From: Deinococcus radiodurans R1 = ATCC 13939 = DSM 20539
Lineage (GTDB): Bacteria; Deinococcota; Deinococci; Deinococcales; Deinococcaceae
NCBI RefSeq assembly: GCF_000008565.1
Contig: NC_001264.1
Coordinates: 127,418-159,417, forward strand
Length of the DNA stretch: 32,000 nucleotides
Reading direction: 5' to 3'
The position numbers and the translations under genes were made by a program. The notes beneath the pieces are model-generated. The model did not search any database, was not told where the DNA came from, and was given only the letters and a program-made list of their open reading frames with translations. Positions 15,040 to 27,655 of this stretch are shown here, one piece after another (within the stretch, counting starts at the first letter, position 1; the number at the start of each line of letters is the position of its first letter).

Positions 15040-15930
15040 ATGAGCATCAAGACAGTTACGGTGTGCGGCAGCGGCGTTCTCGGTTCGCAAATCGCTTTTC
15101 AGACCGCTTTTCACGGCTTCGACGTTCACCTCTACGACATCAACGACGCCGCCATCGCCAAGGCCCGCGAAACGCTCGGCAAGTTGCAGGCCCGCTACCA
15201 GCAGGACCTGAAGGTGGACGCCCAGCAGACCGGCGACGCCTTTGCGCGCATCAGCTTTTTCACCGACATTGCCGAAGCCGTCAAGGGTGTGGACCTCGTT
15301 ATCGAAGCCATTCCTGAGAACATGGACATCAAGCGCAAGTTCTACAACCAGCTAGGTGAGGTGGCTGACCCGAACACCATCTTCGCCACCAACTCCAGCA
15401 CCTTGCTGCCCAGCCAGTTCATGGAAGAAACCGGGCGCCCCGAGAAGTTCCTGGCGCTGCACTTCGCCAACGAAATCTGGAAGTTCAACACCGCCGAAAT
15501 CATGCGCACGCCCAGGACCGATGACGCCGTGTTCGACACGGTGGTGCAGTTCGCCAAGGACATCGGCATGGTGGCGCTGCCCATGTACAAGGAGCAGGCC
15601 GGCTACATCCTGAATACGCTGCTGGTGCCGCTGCTGGGCGCCGCGCTGGAACTGGTCGTCAAGGGCATCGCCGACCCGCAGACGGTGGACAAGACCTGGA
15701 TGATCGCGACCGGCGCGCCGCGTGGGCCGTTCGCCTTCCTGGACGTGATCGGCTTGACCACGCCCTACAACATCAACATGGCGAGCGCCGAGACCAATCC
15801 CGGCAGCGCCGCCGCCGCCAAATACATCAAGGAAAACTACATCGACAAGGGCAAATTGGGCACCGCGACCGGCGAGGGCTTTTACAAGTACCCCAATCCG
15901 GCCTTCGAGAGCGCCGACTTCCTGAAATAA
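15040..15930 (+). CDS. 3-hydroxyacyl-CoA (3-hydroxybutyryl-CoA) dehydrogenase
   Basis: The track ORF is over-extended to 14887. ATG 15040 follows AGGAGAG. Rossmann motif VTVCGSGVLGSQIA, then VIEAIPENMDIKRKF, HFANEIW and the C-terminal dimerisation domain GPFAFLDVIGL. Confidence 0.9.
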   Translation: MSIKTVTVCGSGVLGSQIAFQTAFHGFDVHLYDINDAAIAKARETLGKLQARYQQDLKVDAQQTGDAFARISFFTDIAEAVKGVDLVIEAIPENMDIKRKFYNQLGEVADPNTIFATNSSTLLPSQFMEETGRPEKFLALHFANEIWKFNTAEIMRTPRTDDAVFDTVVQFAKDIGMVALPMYKEQAGYILNTLLVPLLGAALELVVKGIADPQTVDKTWMIATGAPRGPFAFLDVIGLTTPYNINMASAETNPGSAAAAKYIKENYIDKGKLGTATGEGFYKYPNPAFESADFLK

Positions 15931-15953
15931 CCCCTGCGTTTCCTACAAGAAGT

Positions 15954-15973
15954 CCAAGTCACACCCAAGTCAC
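15954..15973 (+). promoter_or_regulatory. direct repeat CCAAGTCAC x2 with an 11-bp period, plus a partial third copy
   Basis: CCAAGTCAC at 15954-15962 and 15965-15973, then CCAAG at 15974. This is 60-80 nt upstream of the ATG at 16033 and is followed by the GC hairpin GGGCG..CGCCC (about 15989-16009). Confidence 0.3.
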
Positions 15974-16032
15974 CCAAGGGTAGGTTGAGGGCGCGGAACG
16001 TCTCCGCCCCTCACTGCCAAAGGAGATTGATC

Positions 16033-16764
16033 ATGAGTCAGAACCAGAAATCCAGTGATACCGGTGACAAATCGGCCAGCGAACGCTTGGCGGCGCTGAA
16101 GCTGGCGCTCCAGAACGACCTGCGCGACGCGCCCATCATGGCGAAAGTGGCGCTGGAAAACCTGTTCAACCGCGACGATTCCGATTCCGGACCCGCGGTG
16201 AAGTCGGCAGGTCGCGTGGGCCGTCAGCAGGGCAAGGTCTCCGAGCTGACCGCCATGGCCGACCTGAAACCCGGCGGCGCGGATCACCTGCGGCGCATTC
16301 TGGAACTGATCGGCGGCAACATGTCGGGCGCTCGCAAGGTCGGCACCGTGCATGACATGCGCTTCGTGATTTTCGACGACGACAAGAAAATCCTGTTCTG
16401 CACCGCCTACGACGGCGACTGGGACACCTACATCGAGGACTTTGCTACCAAGATTCCCGACCTGATGGACCTGCTGTTCGCCAACGTGGAAGGCTGGCCC
16501 GGCATCCACTCGCCCGAAGTCAAGGACTTTATCGCCAGCCACCAGCTCACCGCCGACGGCTGGTACGTGGACGCGCCCTACCTGACGGTGGTCGAAACCC
16601 GCCGCGTACAGGAAAACCAGCAGGCGCTCGAAACCTTTATGGACGAGTACAGCAAGACGGCCAAGCCGGTAGACGACATGAGCGAAGCCGAACTGCGCGC
16701 AAGCCAGAAGAAGCTTCAGGAGTTCTTGCAGAAGGTAGGGACCGCCAGCAGCGGGGTTGCCTGA
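16033..16764 (+). CDS. conserved-looking hypothetical protein (243 aa), coupled to the DyP gene
   Basis: ATG 16033 follows AAAGGAG. The core is VHDMRFVIFDDDKKILFCTAYDGDWDTYIEDFATKIPDLMDLLF. Its stop (16762-16764) is 1 nt from the DyP ATG (16766). No family name recalled with confidence. Confidence 0.75.
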   Translation: MSQNQKSSDTGDKSASERLAALKLALQNDLRDAPIMAKVALENLFNRDDSDSGPAVKSAGRVGRQQGKVSELTAMADLKPGGADHLRRILELIGGNMSGARKVGTVHDMRFVIFDDDKKILFCTAYDGDWDTYIEDFATKIPDLMDLLFANVEGWPGIHSPEVKDFIASHQLTADGWYVDAPYLTVVETRRVQENQQALETFMDEYSKTAKPVDDMSEAELRASQKKLQEFLQKVGTASSGVA

Positions 16765-16765
16765 G

Positions 16766-18139
16766 ATGACGCTGTTCAAAAAGCTGCGTGAGCTGGTTCA
16801 TCACAACGACAAGATCGACCTCGATCTGGACGATATTCAGGCGACCGTCTTGCGCGAGCGGCCCGAGCCCTACTACGGCACCCATGCCATGGTGCGCTTC
16901 GACACGGCGGAAGGCGGGCGCGAGCTCCTGAAGCGCCTGCTGCCGCACATCGCCTCCGCCGAGAAGTGGTGGGACGTGAAATATGCCTGGACCGCCGCCG
17001 CCATCAGCTACGAAGGGCTGAAAAAGCTGGGCGTGCCGCAAGACTCGCTCGACAGCTTTCCCGAGTCGTTCAAAGTGGGAATGGCAGGCCGCGCTGAGCA
17101 CCTCTTCGATGTGGGCGAGAACGATCCCAAGCACTGGGAAAAGCCCTTCGGCACCGGACAGGTTCACCTCGCGCTGACCATTTTCGCTGAGAACGAAGAG
17201 AACTGGCAAAAGGCCCTGGTCATCGCCGAGCACGAGCTTGAGGCGACCAAAGGTGTGACCTTGCTGATGCGCGAGGATTTCGGCGCGCAGCCCGACAGCC
17301 GCAACTCGCTGGGCTACAAGGACATGATCAGCAACCCGGCCATCGAGGGCAGCGGCATCAAACCATTCCCTGGGCAGGGGCCGGCCATCAAACCCGGCGA
17401 GTTCGTTCTAGGTTATCCCGGCGAAGCGGGCGTACCTTTGGGGATGCCCAAGCCCGAGGTGCTGGGGAAAAACGGCACCTTCGTGGCGCTGCGCAAGTAC
17501 CACACCAACGCGGGCAGCTTCAACCGTTACCTCAAGGAAAATGCCGAGTACACCGGCGGCGACGCCGAGCTCTTGGCCGCCAAACTGGTCGGACGCTGGC
17601 GCAGCGGCGCGCCCCTGACGTTGGCTCCCAAGGAAGACGACCCCGAGCTGGGCCACGACCCCAACCGCAACAACGACTTCACCTACAAAAACGACCCGGA
17701 AGGGTTGGAAGTGCCGCTGGGCTCGCATATCCGCCGCATGAACCCGCGTGACACCAAGCTGGAACTGCTCACCGACGTGAACATCCACCGGATTATTCGC
17801 CGCGCCACGGCGTATGGCCCCGCCTATGACCCCAAGGCCGACAGCCTGGCGGAAGACAAGGTCGAACGTGGCCTGTACTTCATCTTCATCAGCGCCAAGG
17901 CGATGGACACCACCGAGTTCCTGCAAAAGGAATGGATCAACAAGGCGAACTTCATCGGACAGGGCAGCGAGCGCGACCCGATTGTGGGCCTCCAGGACGA
18001 AGACCTGACCTTCACCCTGCCCAAAGAGCCGGTGCGCCAGCGCCTGCGCGGGATGGACACGTTCAACGTGCTGCGCGGCGGCGAGTACCTCTTCATGCCC
18101 AGCCTCTCGGCGCTGAAGTGGCTGAGTGAACTGAAGTAA
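16766..18139 (+). CDS. DyP-type heme peroxidase
   Basis: N-terminal LDDIQATVL. GYKDMISNP matches the GxxDG-type distal Asp motif. GSHIRRMNPRD carries the proximal His, IIRRATAYG the distal Arg, and RGLYFIFISA..EFLQKEWIN is present. The track start at TTG 16757 is less likely than the ATG at 16766. Confidence 0.9.
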   Translation: MTLFKKLRELVHHNDKIDLDLDDIQATVLRERPEPYYGTHAMVRFDTAEGGRELLKRLLPHIASAEKWWDVKYAWTAAAISYEGLKKLGVPQDSLDSFPESFKVGMAGRAEHLFDVGENDPKHWEKPFGTGQVHLALTIFAENEENWQKALVIAEHELEATKGVTLLMREDFGAQPDSRNSLGYKDMISNPAIEGSGIKPFPGQGPAIKPGEFVLGYPGEAGVPLGMPKPEVLGKNGTFVALRKYHTNAGSFNRYLKENAEYTGGDAELLAAKLVGRWRSGAPLTLAPKEDDPELGHDPNRNNDFTYKNDPEGLEVPLGSHIRRMNPRDTKLELLTDVNIHRIIRRATAYGPAYDPKADSLAEDKVERGLYFIFISAKAMDTTEFLQKEWINKANFIGQGSERDPIVGLQDEDLTFTLPKEPVRQRLRGMDTFNVLRGGEYLFMPSLSALKWLSELK

Positions 18140-18180
18140 AGCCGCTGAAGGTTCAAGCCCATTCAACAACAGGAGGAAGT

Positions 18181-19266
18181 ATGAATTACGTCAAATATAC
18201 CCCGAACATCGAAGTCAAGCAGCCCAACGAGGACGAGCAGATCGACAAGATTGTCGAGATGATGCACGCGGCCAACGTCAAGGCCTTCGACAAGCACCGC
18301 CACGGCATCCGCGACGCGCACGCCAAGCAGCACGGCACGGTGGTCGGCACGCTGGAAATTCCCGAACTGCCTGAGCACCTCGCCCAGGGCCTGTTCGCCA
18401 AGCCCGGCAGCTACCCGGTGGTCATCCGGTTTTCCAGCGCGCCCGGCGAACTCAAGGACGACAGCGTGCCGGTACCGCACGGCATGGCCGTCAAGGTGAT
18501 CGGCGTGCCCGGCAAAAAGATTTTGCCCGACAAGCAGGACGAAGTGACGCAGGACTTCCTGATGGTGACCATGCCGGTCATTCCCTTCGGTGATGTCGAG
18601 CAGTACCTGAAGATGCAGAACGTGGTCGCGTTGCAAGACAGCACCTCGGAAGAAGGGCAGCGGGCCTTTGCGGCGCTCGCCCGTGGCGGGCAGAAGGTGC
18701 TGGGTCTGCTCGGCATCAGCGACCCCACGCTGGACGGCATCGCTGCCGAGAACGAGCACCTGCTCGGCCAGACCTACCACACCATGGCGGCCATTCGTTA
18801 CGGCGACTACATCGCCAAAATCAGCGCCGCGCCGCTCTCGCCCGAAGTGAAGGCGCTCGAAGGTCAGATTCTGGACACCAAGAAGAGCCCTTCGGCCCAG
18901 CGTGACGCTCTGGTAGACTTTTTCCACAAGCACGGCGCCGAGTACCAGCTGCGCGCCCAGCTGTGCACTGACCTCGAAAAGATGCCGATTGAAGACGCCT
19001 CGGTCGAGTGGGACGAAAAGCTCTCGCCCCAGCAGCCGATTGGCCGCCTCATCATTCCGCAGCAGGAAGCCTACAGCCCGGCCCGGCGCGTCTTTTCCGA
19101 CGACAAGCTGGAGTTCAACCCCTGGCACGCCCTGCCCGAGCACCAGCCGCTCGGCTCCATCATGCGCGTGCGTATCAAGGCCTACGAATCCTCCACGGCC
19201 TTCCGTCACGCCATGAACGTGCAGCCGCGCGTGGAACCCAGGGACATCAGCGAAATTCCGCAGTAA
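18181..19266 (+). CDS. catalase-related mini-hemoprotein (~40 kDa, catalase core only)
   Basis: 361 aa, with AGGAGGA upstream. FDKHRHGIRDAHAKQHG aligns with the catalase distal-His motif (FDRERIPERVVHAKG). RIKAYESSTAFRH aligns with the proximal-Tyr motif (R..sY.dt...R). Confidence 0.85.
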   Translation: MNYVKYTPNIEVKQPNEDEQIDKIVEMMHAANVKAFDKHRHGIRDAHAKQHGTVVGTLEIPELPEHLAQGLFAKPGSYPVVIRFSSAPGELKDDSVPVPHGMAVKVIGVPGKKILPDKQDEVTQDFLMVTMPVIPFGDVEQYLKMQNVVALQDSTSEEGQRAFAALARGGQKVLGLLGISDPTLDGIAAENEHLLGQTYHTMAAIRYGDYIAKISAAPLSPEVKALEGQILDTKKSPSAQRDALVDFFHKHGAEYQLRAQLCTDLEKMPIEDASVEWDEKLSPQQPIGRLIIPQQEAYSPARRVFSDDKLEFNPWHALPEHQPLGSIMRVRIKAYESSTAFRHAMNVQPRVEPRDISEIPQ

Positions 19267-19276
19267 GTCCTGGTTA

Positions 19277-19326
19277 AAGAAGGGCGGGCCACTGAAGTTA
19301 TCCGGTGGCCCGCCCTCTTCTTTTTT
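19277..19326. terminator. bidirectional rho-independent terminator between convergent operons
   Basis: An 11-bp GC stem, GGGCGGGCCAC (19282-19292) with GTGGCCCGCCC (19305-19315), and a 12-nt loop. TCTTCTTTTTT follows on the plus strand, and the minus-strand side is also T-rich. Confidence 0.75.
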
Positions 19327-19330
19327 ACAT

Positions 19331-22093
<2,763 letters not shown>

Positions 22094-22101
<8 letters not shown>

Positions 22102-23008
22102 GGTCGAACACCTCGCACAGCGTCTCCATCACCAGCCGCGCCATTAGCAGTTCGCTGCGGCCCGTCGGGTCGAGGTTGGGGGCGAGTTCGACCAAATCGA
22201 GGCCCACCACCGTATTATTCGCCGCCGCTGCCGCCAGAATCTTCATGCCCTGCGCGTAGGTCAGGCCGTCGGGCTCGGGGCTGGACGTGCCGGGAATCAC
22301 GGCGGGGTCGAAGCCGTCCACGTCCACCGAGAAATACACGTTCTGGCCGCGTGGCAGCTGGGCCAGCACGCCCGCGAGGTCGGCGGTCACGTCGTCCATC
22401 GGAATGATTGTGTGGCCCCGCGCCCGCGCCGCCGCCACCGCCTCCGGGTCGAAGCGCAGCCCGCGCAGGCCGACGGTGGTGATGTGGACGAGGTTGGGCA
22501 GGGCTTCGCAGGCGCGGCGAAAGGGGCTGGAGTTGCTCCATTTCGTGTCGTTGCGGGTGTCGGTGAAGTCGAGGTGCGCGTCGAGCTGCACGACGTGAAG
22601 GTCGGGCACGTCGGCAAAAGCGCGCAGCAGCGGATAACTCACCGAGTGGTCGCCGCCGAGAAACACCGGCACCCGGCAGCGCCCCCGCACCTGCCGCGCC
22701 GCCTCGGTGATGCGGTCGTGGGCGAGTTGGGGTTCAAGCGAGGGCAAAATCACGTCGCCCGCATCGGCAAAAGTCACGCCCTGCAAGCGGGTTTTGCCGT
22801 CCAGACCGGTGAAGGGGGGCACGCTGCGCAGACTCGCCTCCCGCAGCGCACGCGGGGCGAAACGGGCGCCGGGGCGAAAGCCGAGGGCGATGTCGAAGGG
22901 GACGCCGAGGGCGGCCACGTCCGCCTGCCAGTCGCCGTCCGGTTGCACCAGCGGGGCGCGGGCGAAGGTCGGAATGCCGCCGTAGGGCAGGTGGGCCGGC
23001 CCGCTCAT
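22094..23008 (-). CDS. hutG: formimidoylglutamase (ureohydrolase/arginase family)
   Basis: Mn-binding motifs FLGGDHSVSYP, VVQLDAHLDF and SVDVDGFDPAV. The formimidoylglutamase assignment, rather than agmatinase, rests on its position inside the hut operon. Confidence 0.8.
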
Positions 23009-24368
23009 GGGGTCACGCCCGTTTCGACCCAGCCGCGCAGGGTGTTCCAGGCCTGCGCCGTCTGCCCAGGCGTAAAGCCGCAGTGCGCCGTCGCTTGAAA
23101 GCCCAGCGCTTTGGTCGGAAAGCGGGTCGTGGCGGTGGGCACCAGTGCCTGCGCGAGCTGGGCGCTGTTGCCCGCCGACGCCACTATGGAACGCAGCCAG
23201 CCCTCATGCTCGGTGGGCACCAGTGGGTCGTAAGCGTTATGGAGGGTGTACAGCTTGCCGGTGAAGTGGCCGCTCGGCGTCCAGCGTTCCTGCACCCGTG
23301 CCAGGGCCTGTGGGTCGGCGGCGTACCGCTGAATCTTGCGGTTCAGCTCAGCATTTTCGGCGTCGCTGAGCAGCGGGCTGTGGTAGACGGTCGCGCGGTT
23401 GTCCACGAACACGCCGCCCGCCTGCGCCCAGAAATCCTCGGCGCCCGTGAGCTGGGTCAGCAGCACCGAGCCGAGGGTGCCGATGTCGCTCTGCGCCTGC
23501 ACGCCCGGCACCGCGCTCGCCGTGCGCCGGATGATCAGGTCGGCCTCGCCGCCGGGCCGCAGCACCGCCGCCGAGTAGAGCCGCAGCAGCGTCAGGCCAA
23601 TCTTGTTGACGCTGCCCCCCGCGTTGCGCGTCACGTCCTTCACGCCGGGCAACTCGTAGGCGCTGCCCGCTGCGAACACGTTGTAGAGCGCCCGAATGTG
23701 CGTGGTGTAGTTCAGCTCCGGCACCCAGCCGCCCACCACGCCGCAGGCTGCCAGCGCTCCGGCGAACTGCTGTGGGTGGCGTTCCAGCGCGAGCTGCGCG
23801 ATGCTGCCGCCCTCGGAAGCGCCCGCCACATACGCCCGCCGCGCGCCCAGTGCCGTCAGCAGCCGCGAGAGGGCCGCCGTGCGCTCGATGCCGCTTTCCA
23901 CCGCGAAGCCGCGCTTGTCGTAGGCGCTCTGACCCACCGCCAGCCCCTGCGCGTAGGCAGCGGGCAGCAGTCCGCCCGTCTCGTCGTTCGCCACCGGGTC
24001 GGCGGGGATGTGGTCGGCCTCCGGTGAGACAAAGGTGTAGCCGTGCGCGAACACCAGCGATTCCTGATTCCAGTGCGCCGGAAAGCGCAGGACGAAGGGC
24101 GCGCCCGCCAGTTGACCACTCGCCAGCGTGCCGCCGTCGGCCTGGGGCTTGAGCTGAAGGCCGGTCACCGCCTGCGTACCCCGCAGTCCCGCGAAAGCCT
24201 GTTGCAGCCGGACAAATTCCGGGCCGGGCTGGGCGGCTTGCTGGGTCGGGGCACAGCCAGAGAGCAGCAGGGTCAGGCCGAGGGCAGCGCGCAGCGACAT
24301 GCGCCGAGGAGAGCATGTCGGCGTGGCGACAGGGTGAGGCCGGGGGTCAGCCACGTGGCCCCATTCAC

Positions 24369-24372
<4 letters not shown>
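23005..24372 (-). CDS. exported lipoprotein, alpha/beta-hydrolase-like (GxSxG)
   Basis: Lipobox LLLSGC after [10 protein letters not shown]. Nucleophile elbow [15 protein letters not shown] 24372 overlaps the hutU stop (GTGA) and gives an RR-containing leader. The alternative start is ATG 24300. ATGA overlap with the hutG start at 23005-23008. Confidence 0.7.
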
Positions 24373-26045
<1,673 letters not shown>

Positions 26046-26143
26046 GGAAATCCTCCGGGGCCAGGGGGGGCTGACTTATCGGTACTGGCCTTATGTAGGT
26101 GACGCCTCATCGTCCTCTGCGAGGCCCGTCCCCACAAGCCGAC

Positions 26144-26162
26144 TTTCCGCACTATCCGGAAA
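26144..26162. promoter_or_regulatory. inverted repeat TTTCCG-N7-CGGAAA in the hutU/IclR divergent region
   Basis: TTTCCG at 26144-26149 and CGGAAA at 26157-26162, 18 nt upstream of the IclR ATG. Any function is an inference only. Confidence 0.25.
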
Positions 26163-26180
26163 AGCGGCTATCCTGCCGCC

Positions 26181-26942
26181 ATGCCCCGCACCCTCGCCAC
26201 CGTCGAACAGGCCGTGCGGGTGCTGGAATATTTCGACGCCGACCACACCGAGTGGACGCTGAGCGACCTCGCACGGGCACTCGCCCTGCCGACCTCCACC
26301 CTGCACGAGCAGCTCAGCACCCTGACCGCCAGCGGCCTGCTGCGGCGCACCGGGCGGGGGCGCTATCAGCTCGGCTGGCGGCTGCTGAAACTCAGCTCGG
26401 CGCTCTACGGGTCGCTGCCCTGGTACTCGCTGGCCCACGCCGAAATGGAGCGGCTGGCGCGCGGCACCGGGCTGCTCGCCTTCGTCTCGGTGTTGCAGGG
26501 CGAGCAGGTGATCTGCATTGCCCGCAGCGTGCAGGGGCGCGGCGGGGCAGCGGTGGAGGGCGAAACCCGTTTCGAGCTGCCGCCCCACGCCACTGCGAGC
26601 GGCAAGCTGCTGTACGCCTACGCCGGGCTGCCGCGTCCCGCCGAGCCTCTCTACACCCCGCGCACCTGCTCCTCTGACTGGCTGGAGGAGGCCGCTCACG
26701 TCCGCGCTGCCGAACTCGCCGCCACCGAGGACGAGTGGGCGCTCGGCACCAGCAGCCTCGCCGTGCCGCTGCGAGCTGCGGGGGGCGAAGTGCTGGCCGC
26801 GCTGGGCGTCAGCTTGCCCACGCCGAGGTTGCGCGAGCGCGAGGCCCTGACCCGACGCCTGCACGACGCGGCGGCGGAGGTGGCGTGGGCGCTCGGCGCG
26901 CGGGGACGCAACGGTGAGGGTTTGGTCAGCCCCATGCATTGA
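26181..26942 (+). CDS. IclR-family transcriptional regulator
   Basis: N-terminal wHTH VEQAVRVLEYFDADHTEWTLSDLARALALPTSTLHEQLSTLTASGLLRR, then a C-terminal effector domain (GTSSLAVPLR..GEVLAALGVS). Divergent from hutU. Confidence 0.9.
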   Translation: MPRTLATVEQAVRVLEYFDADHTEWTLSDLARALALPTSTLHEQLSTLTASGLLRRTGRGRYQLGWRLLKLSSALYGSLPWYSLAHAEMERLARGTGLLAFVSVLQGEQVICIARSVQGRGGAAVEGETRFELPPHATASGKLLYAYAGLPRPAEPLYTPRTCSSDWLEEAAHVRAAELAATEDEWALGTSSLAVPLRAAGGEVLAALGVSLPTPRLREREALTRRLHDAAAEVAWALGARGRNGEGLVSPMH

Positions 26943-26979
26943 CCTGCGCCGGGCACGTGCCGGACACTGACGCTCAGGC

Positions 26980-27642
26980 ATGACCGAAGCGTTCAACCTG
27001 CGCCTGTGGCTCGAGGGACTCGATCCCGGGCTGCTGCATGTCGCCACCTTTTTGCTGATGCTGCTCGAAGGCGCGGGCGTGCCCGGTATTCCCGGCGTGC
27101 TGCCCATGATCGCGCAGGTGGCGGCCATCAACGCCGGGCACACCACCCTGGCGGCGGCGGTGTTCTGGGGCACGCTGGGCAACTGGCTCGGCGCCCTGCT
27201 CGGCTACGCGGTGGGGCGCTGGGGCCTGCGCTGGCTGCCCGCGCGCTGGCTCAGCCGCCTCGAAGGCGAACGGACCCGCACCCTGCTGGAGCGCTGGGGT
27301 GGGCCACTCCTGATCGTCGGGCGCGTGGTCGGGGCGCTGCGGACGCCGGTCACGCTGGTGTCGGGCATCGTTCACTATCCCCTGCTGCCCTACGCCGCCT
27401 ACAGCATGGTCGGCGCCCTGCTGCACGTCGGCGTGTGGCAGGTGCTGCTGTGGAAATTCGGCCCCGTCATCCTGACCGAGCTCGAGCGCTGGGGCCGCGA
27501 AATCCTGCTCTACGCGGCGCCGCTGCTGCTGCTCGCCCTGCTGGGGCACTGGCTGTGGCGGCGTGGGCGGCGCCGGGCCGTTCCGCCCGAAGACTCGGTC
27601 CTCGAACTTGCGGAGGAGGAAGCGGCCCACCCTCCACGTTGA
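26980..27642 (+). CDS. DedA-family (SNARE-associated) inner-membrane protein
   Basis: 220 aa: LLMLLEGAGVPGIPGVLPM...GNWLGALLGYAVGRWG...GGPLLIVGRVVGALRTPVTLVSGI, the usual DedA signature arrangement. Confidence 0.85.
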   Translation: MTEAFNLRLWLEGLDPGLLHVATFLLMLLEGAGVPGIPGVLPMIAQVAAINAGHTTLAAAVFWGTLGNWLGALLGYAVGRWGLRWLPARWLSRLEGERTRTLLERWGGPLLIVGRVVGALRTPVTLVSGIVHYPLLPYAAYSMVGALLHVGVWQVLLWKFGPVILTELERWGREILLYAAPLLLLALLGHWLWRRGRRRAVPPEDSVLELAEEEAAHPPR

Positions 27643-27655
27643 ACAGGCGGGCGGT

